Shown here piece by piece: positions 1-13,510 of a stretch of DNA of 64,000 nt. The stretch comes from the human T2T-CHM13v2.0 reference genome, Homo sapiens. The position numbers were made by a program, and so were the translations under genes. The notes under the pieces are model-generated. The model was not told the origin of the DNA. It searched no databases and saw only the letters and a list, made by a program, of their open reading frames with translations. The stretch's first letter is position 1. Each line of letters starts with the position of its first letter. The stretch lies in the NCBI RefSeq assembly GCF_009914755.1, contig NC_060946.1; one strand, 5' to 3'.

Positions 1-713
1 TGGATCTGAACCGGGCCAGAGGAGTGAGTAGGGTTCCCTGTTAATGCAGGCCTTTGAAACTGCAAAGCACAGAAAGCCGGCAGCACCCAGGCGTGTGCCG
101 TGGGGCCAGTGTCTTTGCTTCCTTGCAGAGGTGGTGGCCATGGCTGGGTTGGGACATGAGGGTGGCGGTGGCCTAGGGGGCCCTGGAGCCATGATAGTGA
201 GTACTAGAAGAGTCTCTGTGTGGCTTGCAGGTCCGCTAGCACTGGTGGTGCCACCTGTGAATGTGACCCCGTGTGGGGATGGGGCAGCCCATGTGTTGCT
301 TCCATGTGTTGCTTCCAGTGAGCAGAGGAGGTGAGGATTGGACACGGCCAGAGGCCGGGAGTGAGCTGGGTGCGTGTGGAAATGCCCAGGGTGTGGCTTC
401 CTCACTGTATGGGAAGATCCAGGAGGCAGGTCCTGTGCAGCCTGCAGAGTTCCCGCTGCCCACTGGAGAGGAAGGGCACCAACCCACGCTGGATCTCTAC
501 CTGTAGGTTCAACCAATGGAAGGACGAGGACACTGCGTGTTTGTTGACATCTCCCTCCTCTCCCAGAGCCTGGCCTGACTTTACCTCCCAGTTTGTGATG
601 TTGGGATTATGTGTAGCAGGTGAGGAAGCAGAGGAGGGAAGGGGCTGCCCCTGGGAGCTCAGGGGCCAGAGGAGCCTGGTAGCTGGACATTGCCAAGGAC
701 TCTGTTCAGGTGG

Positions 714-1105
714 TGTGATGGTTAATACTGAGTGTCAACTTGATTGGATTGAAAGATGCTAAGTATTGTTCCTGGGTGTGTCCGTGAGGGTATTTCCAAA
801 GGAGATTAACATTTGAAATGTCCGTGGACTGGGAAAGGCAGACCCACCCTTAATCTGGGTGGGCACCATCTAATCAGCTGCCAACAGGCCAAAACAAAAA
901 GCAGACAGAAGAATGTGAAAAGACTAGACTGGCCTAGCCTCCCAGTCTACATCTTTCTCCTGTGCTGGATGCTTCCTGCCCTCGAACATCAAACTCCAAG
1001 TTTTTCAGCTTTGGGACTCAGACTGGCTTCTTTGTTCCTCAGCTTGCAGATGGCCTATTGTGGGATCTTGTGATCATGTGAGTTAATACTTCTTAATAAA
1101 CTCCC

Positions 1106-1152
<47 letters not shown>

Positions 1153-1270
1153 CATATACACACATATATATACTAATATATATATATCCTAGTAGTTCTG
1201 TCTCTCTCTCTCTACATATATATATACAGACACACGTATATGTGTGTATGTGTGTGTGTTCATGTATGTA

Positions 1271-1309
<39 letters not shown>

Positions 1310-1360
1310 CTCCTAGTAGTTCTGTCCCTCTAGAGAGCCCCGACTAATTGACTAATACCA
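714..1360 (+). mobile_element. MLT2A (HERV-L) solo LTR with expanded (TA)/(TG) microsatellite near its 3' end
   Basis: Starts TGTGATGGTTAATACTGAGTGTCAACTTGATTGGATTGA, contains GGCAGACCCACCCTTAATCTGGGTGGGCACC and AATAAA, ends GACTAATAC; matches recalled MLT2A consensus. Confidence 0.9.
1106..1310. repeat. Compound (TA)n/(TG)n/(CA)n microsatellite
   Basis: Alternating TA, TG and CA runs seen directly. Confidence 0.95.
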
Positions 1361-1799
1361 GGGGCCCTTGGGGATTTCCCCAGCAGCGCTCACCACCTGC
1401 ATTAAGGGAACTGTGGATTAACGTGTGTATGTGTGTGTGCTCTCATGTGTGCATGTGTGTGTATGGGGGGTGTCTAAAGACCCATCGCAAGTCTAAAGGG
1501 ATGGTCACTTTTTAAAATAAGAACTGTTTTATTGTTAGATGTAGTATTGCAAGCCATCTGTTCTCTAGCAGGTTAGCACTGTAAAGAGCTTTTATTAGGT
1601 AGGCATCATCTACAGGCTATTATATTTAAATGATTGCTTTTAAAGATTTGATACCAATTTTATTTGTTTATTGTTTGTACCTAGATCAAGGAGAGGGCCT
1701 ATGATCCTGTTTAGATGATAGGCTTCAGGGTCAGTTTTGCCAAACATATGCTGAGTGAATTACAGGTACACCTCCGAATTAACTTAAATGTTGAATTAG

Positions 1800-1975
1800 T
1801 ATTTACATCTCTACAACAATTTACCTCATGGCAGGTACCACTCATCTCATCTTCCATATGACCCTTGAGATGGCATGAGAGTCATGTTGTCTGCATCCTG
1901 TGGATGAAAAACTGGAGCTTGGGGGCTTGAGGTGTCACTGGTGGGAGGCAGAGGCAGGCCAGATGCAAAGCTAGG
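1800..1975 (-). mobile_element. Degenerate MIR fragment
   Basis: TGTGGATGAAAAACTGGAG resembles MIR core ACAGATGAGGAAACTGAG. Confidence 0.4.
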
Positions 1976-2370
1976 TGAGCAGGTACACACACTTGGTCTC
2001 TACCAAAGGTATATAATGTTTGGAGCGATGGTTTATTATGATTTAAGAGGCAGAGAATTGCTTAGCATATGGTCAATAGAAGCTCTTTGCTGCTTTCATA
2101 AGCCATTTTTCATATCATTAATTTTTTGTATATGTTTCATTAATTTTCAAGGTAATCCATATTCCCCTTTCCTGTGAAATATATCACCGCAGGCTTAGAT
2201 GTCTTCTCCATGTAGTGCTAAGCCACCTATTATTTTTGGTCCGTCTAGTAGTCCAGGGAATTACAGACACCATAAAATGTATGCAAATTGAAGGGTGGTG
2301 ACAAAAAAATCCATCGGCCCCTGCATTGTGTATTTATTCACTGCACACCTGTTAAGCTCCTACTACGCAC

Positions 2371-2473
2371 CAGGCTCTGAGAGGCGCTGGGCATGTGGGG
2401 AAGAATGGGATGCAGTCTCACCCAGGCTCTGAGAGGCGCTGGGCGTGTGGGGAGGAATGGGATGCAGTCTCAC
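2371..2473. repeat. 52-bp tandem duplication inside an L2 3' remnant
   Basis: CAGGCTCTGAGAGGCGCTGGGC.TGTGGGGA.GAATGGGATGCAGTCTCAC starts at 2371 and 2423. Confidence 0.95.
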
Positions 2474-3323
2474 TCTGGCGAGCTCATGGCCATGGGGAGG
2501 AGATGGATAAATCAACTGCAATTCACCCTAAGTGCCACAGCAGAGGTGTTCTGGAACCCACAGGAGGGGGCACCCAGGAAATGGGTGCAATTGCCCATTT
2601 ATTTCCTGTGAGGGGAGAGGGACCATCCGTCCTGGCAGGGAGCAGAGACATGAAAACCCAGCCAAGCAGGGCTCTTCTCATTGAGAGCAGCAGGATGTCA
2701 GGGATCCGGGGAAAGAAGTAACCCAGGATGCATACGGTGGGAGCTGACATGGAGGATAGGAGGAGAAGCTGAAGGAAAAGGAAAGGCTTGCTGGGTAGTT
2801 GAGGACACAGCTGGCATCCAATGTGCTACTCTCCTGGTCAGGCGGCCCCTCCCTTCTGGCCCTCTGTCCCCTCGTGGGTTCCATTTCTCTGTGATCTCTC
2901 AATCTGTGACTCCAACTACCACCCAATGGGTTGGGTCTGGTCCTCTTGTCAAGCTCCCTCCCTGTGAACAGAGGGGACTAAGTTGAATTTATAAGCATGG
3001 CATTCCCTCCATTTGGGGGCACCAGTGGTTCCCCCATGCAACTAAGGCTGAAGCTCAAGCTCCTCCCCAGGGCAGGTGTCAATCATCTCTCTCACCTCAT
3101 CCATCACCTGCCCTGGCAACCTCAGCACTGCGACCATGTGGCTGCCCTGAACATGCCGTCACATTCATGCACCTGCACCTCCTTCAGCTCACTTAGCATC
3201 GAGTGCACGCCAGGCAGCACTGCAGGTATGGGGGATGCAGAAGTGAACAACAAAGACTCTTTTCTTCACCCAGTCTACATCCTGGTGCTGACGATGAGGG
3301 TAGACAATGTGCAAGAAGAGTAA

Positions 3324-3691
<368 letters not shown>

Positions 3692-4050
3692 CTGGAGGGT
3701 GTCAGGGAGGCCCTCGGGAGGGGCTGGTGCAGAGCACAGGCTCAAAGAAAGTGGCTGATGGGAGGACCAGGGGCTGCCTGCAGAGGGTGCTCCAGGCGTG
3801 GAGAGCAACAACTGCAAAGACCCCAAATGTGTCCAGCTGGACCCCACAGCCTGCACAGTGCGACTGAGAAGCATTGAGGAGACGGGTGCTCCGAGAGCAC
3901 TGGGGAGCCCCCAGAAGTCAGTGCCTGGCCAGGCCAGCAGCAAGGGGCAGACTGCGGTGCCTGCGGGGCATGAGAGGCCGGCCATCTCCATGTGAGGAGA
4001 AAATGCTGAAGAGCAGGAGCTCCAAGCACAGCAGGGGCCTCATTCAGCCT

Positions 4051-4054
<4 letters not shown>

Positions 4055-4108
<54 letters not shown>

Positions 4109-4231
4109 TGTAGGGGCTGATCTTGCTATGTTGCCCAGCCTGGTGGTCTGGAACTCCTGACCTCAAGCAATCCTCCTGCCTCAGCCTCCTGAATAGCTGG
4201 GATTGCAGGTGCACACCAGCACGCCTGGCTC
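4055..4231 (-). mobile_element. FLAM-type Alu monomer whose tail has become (TG)n (4055-4110)
   Basis: Monomer TTGCTATGTTGCCCAG..GAACTCCTGACCTCAAGCAATCCTCCTGCCTCAGCCTCC; flanking direct repeat GCCTGGATT at 4047 and 4234. Confidence 0.85.
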
Positions 4232-5764
4232 TGGCCTGGATTTTAAATGCATGCTTGGGCTGCTGTGCTGAGAATGGGCTGTGGGAAGAGGTGAGGGCGG
4301 GGCCAGTTGGGAAGACCAGCTGGAAGCTTTGCAGTAACGCAGGGCAGAGACCACTGGCCCAGATTCCTCATGTGTTTTGGAAATAGAGGCTGCAGAGTTT
4401 ACAGATGGATCACCCATCAAGGATTTCAGTCTGGAGAGTGAGAACGGTGGAGCTGCCATTTCCTGAGACTGGGAAGAGCGTGCGGGGCTCAGGTTCAGGG
4501 GGCGGAGACTTGGAGTTGGGTTTGGGGCGTGTGCTTACAGGTGCCTGTGGGGCCGCCCCGTGATGTTAGGAAGGGAGTGGATTCATGGGTCTCACGGTCA
4601 GTGGGTGCATCAGTCTTGTGGCCAGGAGGGACACCTGGGCGTTGTTAGCACTGTGGCCCTTACAGCCATGTGGCTGGTGAGGCCTTGGGGGCGGTGAGTT
4701 TGCACAGAGAAGAGGCCAGGCGTGTGGGGCTGTCCATGGTCCCAGGGGGAGCCGGGGAGGAGGCAAACACTGATGAGGAGCAGTCAACAAGGATGGAGAG
4801 AGCCAGGGCAGAGCAGAGGCCTGGGAGCCAGGTGAGGACTTCTGCAAGGTGGACGATGGAGTCAGCGTCAAAACGCTGCCGAGGATGAAGCACGGTGGGG
4901 GCTGAGGAGGGGCAGTGGATAGGACATGGAGGTCATGGGTCACTTGGCAAGAGCTGCTTGGGGAGGTGTTGGGGGCACAGTCCTGGCTGGAGAGGGGTCA
5001 GGAGGGAGCAGGACGGGAAGAGCTAAAGGAGCAAGTGCAGGCAGTGCAGGGGCCGTTCCTCCCACCTGGGGAACCTTTTCCTTTTGTTCATCCAGCCCAA
5101 TCCACGCTGCCTATCAGGACTCGGCTGTACTCGGGCCTCCGGGACAAAGACACTTTGACCCCCTCTCTGCCCCCCAGGTCTACTTCATGGTGCAAGCGCT
5201 GCCATGTTCTCGGGATAAGAGATGGACTCTGCCTCCCTTCTGCAGGTGGGTGGGCTGCTTGGGGCAGGCCTTGTTTCCTCCTTTAAGTCCCCGTGTCTGG
5301 CCTGGCAGTTGATCCCGGTACATGCCCAGCAGATGTCGGTGGAAGCCGGAATGATGCACCGAGGCAGACTGCAGGGCGGGTCCAGGTTCCTGACTTGGAG
5401 GGGGTGAGGGAGAGGGGTGCCTGGGGAGGGTTGTGTGCGTCTCTGCACATGCAGGGAATAAAGGGGGCCAGCACGTCGTTTACCGAGTGGGAAAGGGGGT
5501 GACCTAGCGGCTGCCTTCATAGTGAGGGTGAGGAACACGCAAACACTCAAACTGCCCAGAAAGGTGACATCTGTCTAGGAAAAGGGGCTCCGGAAGGGTT
5601 GGACAACCTATTTGGAAGACAAACATCACTTTCTCAAAATGCAGCCTGAGGCCAGCTCCAGTTTCTGTCTTCACCCACAGTTGCTGCTTTCAGTGGGAGG
5701 AAGCCATGAATCCTGAAGTCGGTGGGTGGGTGCACACTCAGCGACTGAGGGGAAACAGACGGTT

Positions 5765-5865
5765 TTCAATTGTTTATTTGACAAATATGACTAAGTATTC
5801 AATAAGTTATCTTTCAAATTATCCTGTCAAAATAATCATGACACAGGATAATGATCAAACAGCTC
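5765..5865. promoter_or_regulatory. Candidate enhancer core with nested inverted repeats
   Basis: AT-rich non-repeat island; TGTTTATTTG (FOX), TGACA/TGTCA (TALE), 10-bp perfect inverted repeat. Confidence 0.4.
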
Positions 5866-7466
5866 TTAGGGGGAAAGGAGGGGTGTTTGCACGAAGCAGC
5901 TGCAGCTGGCCCCTGGGGTGCTGCTGATGGATGAGTCGACGGCTGGAAAAGGGAGGGAGTGGAGGCCGTCATGGGTGTGAGCGCGCGCACTTCCAGATGA
6001 GCACCACCCACCGTTCTGCTCATCCTCTGCACCCAGACACAGGAAGCAGGGGTCACGCTCGCTGCCTGTCTGCAGTGTAGACTTCTGTGCCGGGAGAGCA
6101 TGGAAACCAACCATACCACATGCCCTGTCCAAGCTGGAATCATGGGTAGAAACAAATATTGCGGGGCACTTTGCCTCAGGGTGCTCCAAATACTGAGTGT
6201 GGGCATCCACATTAATTAGCTTCATTGCAGTGGGATGACCTCAACCCGGAGCTGACCAGCTAAATTCAAATCTACCAGCATTTTGAAAGCTGGGACTGTC
6301 CACTCCATCCTGTGTTGGGTGCTGAGGGGTCAGGGTAGAAGAGAAGTTGAAATGTTTATAATGAGCATGAGATTTGAAGTCAGAGCGCCGTTTTCATCTT
6401 CTATGGCATTTTGCCTCCTAATCTGTGGAATGGAGAAAATGCCGCCTGCTTTATATCTGGGTCTGTAGCCAGGGAGAAAGTGAGGGAGCCTGCTGTGGCT
6501 GCAGAGAATTAATGATTTGCTCTGTGGAGAGTTTCCTCTCCTCTGCGGTCTTTTGTGGGTCAGTTCCAAATGCTCATCTTGGAAGACAAATCGGCTTATT
6601 AGATCTAATGTTCAAAAGGAGTATCCAACCCGTAAGATGGAAAAGCCGTGTTTCTGATGGGCCAATTTCCTGGCCCCAAGTGGCCCTCCTTTGTCCCCAC
6701 ACACCTAGTACCTTCTCAGAATGCTGCCAGAGAAGGGAAGAGAGGCCAGGTCTCTGTGGATGAAGCACCCCCCAGAGAGATACTGGTGAGGCTCAGTTGT
6801 CTGAACGCGTGGGCTCCTGGAATTTTGTTGTTGGCTGGGTCATGGTCAGTGTGAGAAGCAGGGCAGGTTCCCTGTTGGCTGTCAAAAGAGTCAGACCGTA
6901 GATGTGTTTCCCTTTGGGGACTTTGTCCAGGAGCTGTGGTAGGAGAGGCTTGAAGAGGTAGGAGAGGGTGTGGCCAAGTGAGCAAGCAGGGAGGGGTTTG
7001 ACTCTGGGTTGATGCTGAAGGTGAGATGTCACAGGGTTGGGAATGGGTGGGTGCTTGATGAGTAAATGCCGGCTGCTGCATTCATCAGCATATTAGAGAA
7101 GGTCTCCTGGGGGCCATGCCCTGGGATAGGCTCTGGGAATTCAATAGGAAACAACCTGCCCCTCCCCACACTTGTCCCAAGGAAGTGTACAGATCCATGG
7201 CAGGAAAGACAAAGGTAATTAATGCTAAATGGAGGTTGGCCCCAGAGTCCAGAAAGCTTCTAAAACAATGGTGTCTGCTCTGTCTTAATTAGCGACAAGG
7301 TGCTCCTGCAATGAGGAGAAACGTACTCTACACGGAAGCCCAGCTCATACGTTTCTACCCAAGTGGGGTCGTATATACAGGAGATCCTACAGAATGTATG
7401 GCTCCACAAGGTGCTTTTTGCTCCTAACCAGAGGCCTTTGAGATGTTTCCCTGTCATTAGGTCCAT

Positions 7467-7680
7467 CTGGTGGTGCCCCAGAGCCGGCTCACATGGGCTG
7501 CTGAGAGCTCATTGTCAACGGTTCAGGAATTGCATCAGCTGATGGGCATCAGGCTGGTATCCTGAGGTCTGTCATGGTGGAGGGACTGTATTTACACAAC
7601 AGAAACCACCAAACACTGCAAGTCATCTGCCCACCTTCTCAGGAGAGCCTGTCGTCACAATTCACAGCATGTCACCGTGC
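7467..7680 (+). mobile_element. MER63A-like hAT-Blackjack MITE
   Basis: GAGCCGGCTC..GAGAGC..ATTGT..TTCAGGAAT, CATGGTGG..GTATTTACAC, GGAGAGCCTGT match recalled MER63. Confidence 0.65.
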
Positions 7681-8084
7681 TGATCACGTTCATTTTGCCA
7701 GCTGTGGAGGGGCGGAGCTCCTGTGCCTGCTCCTGACTTAACAGGCATTTCAGTTCCTCCCAGGGTCTGGCTACTCCATGGACGTCTGCGTGCATGGGTT
7801 TGTAAATGTTAGAGTATGTGTGACGTTTTCTGTAGACCAGACTCATGGAGACGCTGTGGCTTGAAAATTAAGTGACATCTAGATAAGAGTCTGCAGAAAG
7901 CATGCTATGCTCAGGGATGTGTTTCCAGTGGGAACGCTGGGGAGAACACAGTTCCATGGGAGCAGGGGTGTGCCTGGAGATTCACAGAGTAACCGCGCCA
8001 TCAGGAACCATGGTCTTTATGCGGCACAGGTTGGGGGGGAGCTAATTATGAGTTTCATAAAAATAACAATTATTATTAGCGATA

Positions 8085-8305
8085 ATTGTTATGATTAATC
8101 CTAACGTTTATTGGTGACTGTCCTGTGCCGGTCACTGTTCTAAGTAGTTTTACACATATTCACTAAGCTAGCCTTCAACATGCCTACGAGAGAGACACTA
8201 TTATTAGTCTTCCTTTTACAGATGAGGAAACTGAGGCCCAAAGAGGTTAGAGAACCTGCCTAGGCCATACGGCTTGTAGGGGTAGACCAAGGAAGTCTGA
8301 ACTTT
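8085..8305 (-). mobile_element. MIR (MIRb-like) SINE
   Basis: Core TTTTACAGATGAGGAAACTGAGGCCCAAAGAGGTTA. Confidence 0.9.
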
Positions 8306-8854
8306 ATGACAGCCATTGGTATTTTAGAAAGGACACTCTGATTGCAGTGTGGGCAGTGACTAAAGTGGTCATAGCTGAAGGTTTCAATAGTCCAGGTAAG
8401 AGACAGTGAGCCTGGCTCAGCGCCCCCGTATCTGCAGCTCCTGTCCCCTCTCCTTCTAGCGCACCAGGCTGTCCCCTTTCCCAGTGTTCTCAGGCCCCTG
8501 CCAGGGCTCAGGAAGATCCCATGTAGTTGTGCTTTGGGACCAACCCAGGCATCTGCCCTCTGCAAAGCCTTTCCTGAGCCCTGATCATAGTGATCTGTGT
8601 ATTCCACTGTTTTTGTCCAGTGCCATCCTGGGCCATTGTCGACCCAGCCACCGGTTTTCTCTGGACCTCATGGCCTAGGGCCGGGAGCCCCTGATGCTCG
8701 GGTGTGGGTCTTATTCTCCCCTGAGTGGCCCTCAGTGCCCGCATAGGGATACAGTGGGGCTGAGTTGCGCTTTCTGCTTCTCGGGATAAACACGTGAAGC
8801 ACAGGCTGTGGCGGAGGCCTGGCAAGCTTGGGCCAACACAAATTCCATTTTCCA

Positions 8855-8965
8855 GATCCTAGATATTCTTAATGCAAATTCACACAAGCCATCAATAACA
8901 TCCATGGAGATGATGCCTTCCATCAGAAGCACATCATAAAAATAAATAATGTGACAGAAGCCACA
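8855..8965. promoter_or_regulatory. Candidate enhancer (octamer, HOX/CDX, MEIS motifs)
   Basis: ATGCAAAT 8872-8879, CCATCAATAA, ATCATAAAA, TGACAG in a repeat-free AT island. Confidence 0.35.
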
Positions 8966-9542
8966 TCAAGAAATTACTTCACTCGCCATGAAGTGCCGCT
9001 CGCTTCGGGGTGAACACAAAACAGCTGTCTGATGCCACACAGCCGTCGACAGACGGCTCTGAAAAACAAGAGGCTCTGGGGCGAGGCGGGAGGCTGGATC
9101 AGGGGAGAACATTCTGGAAAGCCAGAGGCTCAGTTCATTTCCGGCCCAGGAATGGCGATGCCAGTCAGGCCCCCTGGTTAAGGCATTTTTAAAATTGATG
9201 ACGCAGAGAGCACATATGGGTGAGAGAAGCCTGAGCCCCACGCCAGTGAAACAATCGCTCCTTGGGGGCCTGGTGAAACTTGTCAGAATCAAAATGGAGT
9301 CACTTGTGTTAAAAAAAATTTTTTAAAAAGAACTCTGACAAACAGGGTCAAGGAAGGTCACGAAGAGAGGGTTCTCCAGCCAGACAACAAAGTCTATCAC
9401 AGAAGACACTGCAACAACCACCACTTTGCCCAAAGGCCATCACAACCTTACACAAAAAATACACGTGTGAGGACATCTGCCCAGCAGCTGCCTGTCCAAC
9501 CTTGGACTGGTGCCACCCTTATTACTGATCCTCATAGCTGAG

Positions 9543-10243
<701 letters not shown>

Positions 10244-11499
10244 CCAAGGACAATGGTCTCAAAACAATTACACAACCCTCATTTTTTCCTTGAAAAACCT
10301 TTACTGTCCTCTGCCTCCCTGCGTATGCACCTAGTTTCACCGTGGCACACGTATTCCCCCTGCAAGGCCTGTTCCTGAATGGACACCTTTTCTTTTAGAG
10401 AGCCTCTCTCTGTCTGTTATTTAGGTTGACAGCCTCAGCACCACTCACAACTCCCCCATCTCTCTCCCAGATGTGAAGATGTTTTTGGGTCTGAGGCCTT
10501 CTTCTAGCCTGACCTCCTCCCTCCCGTATGCTGTAGCCAGGAAAATAATTCCAGGAAAAAGCATCTGAATATTCACCATATTCACCTTCTCCTTTCCCTG
10601 CTGAGTCCCACAATGAAGCCCAGGTCCACAGAATAAGTCCTCGCTGCTCACGTGCCTGGCCTGCGTCTCCTCAGCTCTGGAGGCCCTGATCTGTGAGTGA
10701 ATTTCATTCCTCGTGCCTCTGTTGAGGCTGCAGTGGTCTGAAATGCTGTCGGGGTCCTGATGCCAGCCAGGCATTTTCTCACCTGTGAGGGCTGGATGGC
10801 TTCCCCTGCCATGACATCCCACACACCCTCAGCACCTGCGTGGAGTGAGTCTCTTTTTCTCTGGTGCCTCCCACTGCACCCTGATTGACCGGGGCCCTGG
10901 CTACCATTTTCTTTCTGTGTTATTTAGTTTTTACTTCTACCACTCTCAGCTCTCATCTTGGCAATCCCAGTGCCTGGAGTCATGGGAGGGAGGGCTGAGC
11001 TTTCAGTAACTGATCTGCACAGGAATGACCGGGGTAGTGGCTGTGTGGCTCACTGCTGGCTCCGCCCACGCAGGCCATGATGGAAACACTGGCCTTGGTG
11101 CAGTAGGAATGGGGCTGTGTGGCCCAGTGGTGGCTGGAGGCTGGCGTGTCTTCATTTTGGGTCAGTGTTGCCTTGAGTATCCCGTGCTGGTGCCTGGGCA
11201 CTTCTTGCTTTGGGGGTTGATTCAGCGAAGGTGGGAAGCTGTCAGTCTGCAGGCAGGAGCTTCTGCCTCTGCTGCACAGGGCTCAGCAGCCACATTTCTA
11301 GTGGTCTTGTTGTTTGCGTTCATGGTGTTCGGGCCAGGTGGGAGCCGGGACTTTGCATGCTTCCCTTGTGGTGGGCGCTGGGTGGTCAACCCATCTCATT
11401 TCTTCCACCTGCCCTTGCTCTCCAGAGGCTGTGTGCATCTCACAAGCATCCTCCATCTTCGGGGGCTGGCCAAGGAGTTCACGTGGCATTGTGTTTACT

Positions 11500-11650
11500 A
11501 CTAAAACTTTTACACACATATTTCGTTATCACAAACATTTCTTCTGGCACAGACCTTGCATTCACTCCCATTTTGCAGATGAGGAAACAACCTGAGAGGA
11601 CATTCACAATGTACCCAAGCAGGTGCAGCTAGCGGGAGGCGGAGCAAGGA
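11500..11650 (-). mobile_element. MIR fragment
   Basis: CCCATTTTGCAGATGAGGAAAC core. Confidence 0.75.
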
Positions 11651-12159
11651 GGCAGCGTCTGCAGCTGCCACGCCATGGGGCCTTCCCTCTTAGCGGCTGG
11701 TGTGCAGCTCGGAGTCTCCCCGGCCTGTGGGTCCTTCCTGTTCGCTTCCCAGGCCTGTCCACTGTCATCCCTCTGACGTCTGCGCTCTATCTCCACCTTC
11801 AGATGCCGGACTGGACATGTCCTGGGAACTCCACTCTTCCTCTTGTTGCAGCAGAAACATGTCCAAGAGCTTCCTTTTTCTGGCAGACATTCCTGTGTTT
11901 TGGTGTCTGCGAGGATGGACAGGCTGCATTCTCACTGCCTGCCACTGCTTCCCTTTCTAGCTCCTGTTCTGTGTGGGCCTCAATGGAAAAATGACTCAAT
12001 TCTCCCCCTGGGGACTGTGGGTGTCCTGAGGAATGGTGGATTTAGAACCTGAGAATTTGATTCACATTCAAGTTCTGTTGCCTGTCAGCTCCAGGCTAGA
12101 AGGACTAATCCAGCCTCTATGACCCTCAGCATCTTCATCGGTGAAGTGATAGACCATGA

Positions 12160-12652
<493 letters not shown>

Positions 12653-13199
12653 CTTCCCTTTCTTTAATATTAGAACCCAGGACTTTTCTTGAGTGTGGGG
12701 AGAGAGAATTGTTATAGCACCACCCTGCCATCTCTGGGTACTTGGTTACTAGCAAGTGGGGACCAGAGGCTCCTCCTCCCCCAGTGAGAGGGACAGGAAA
12801 GACGACCTCAGTGCCAGCCTCACAGGACAGCTCCGGTGATGCCGGGCTGCAGTGACAGTGGCCACCCAGTACGGGGGCTTGCTGCATAGCAAGGTCACCC
12901 TGATGCTTGGCAAGGCCCTACCACCACTAGCTCCTTATGGGTGGCAGAGGAACCCAGGGTGGCCCCCTTCTTGGAGCCCCATGGTGTATCCACCTATGCC
13001 TGGCCTCAGCTGTCACCGAGGGATGACAAGAGACAGAGTGGGCACAACTGTGCTGACTACCCTGTGCCTCTGAATCCTGAGCCTCTCATGCATTTGCCCT
13101 GCCTCCCTCCTGCCACTGCACTGGGCCCTGAACCTATTCCCCACCATTGGCCATTGCCTACTCAATGCATCAGAAAAAGGCCCAGTTGTCAGGTTAGCA

Positions 13200-13510
13200 G
13201 CAAGTACTAATTCACGTTCAGCCGACCTCCATGCCAGTACCAGTCACCACCAGCAGAATGTAATTAGATGTGGTGACAAGTCCATTTCACGATCCCACTT
13301 CCAGTTCATTTCCCTAATTGTTTTATGAGAAAATAATTGTTTATATAGACTGCAATATGTTCCTTTCTTTGTCCTGGTGTGGCTGACACAAACCACACAC
13401 CAGATCTTCACACCAGCCTGTGAAACAAGCACACCATCAAATTTCCCATATGTTTGGGAGACCCTAATCATGTAAATGGTTTGATTAAATCTTTAATGAA
13501 CTGAGAATTT
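13200..13510. promoter_or_regulatory. Candidate developmental enhancer
   Basis: Repeat-free; TAATTA 13261, TTTTATGA 13321, TGTTTAT 13338, AAACCACA 13390, TCACACC 13408. Confidence 0.4.

Noticed and set aside
6598-6609. 12-bp palindrome ATTAGATCTAAT
   Set aside because: Palindromes of this length are expected by chance in 64 kb
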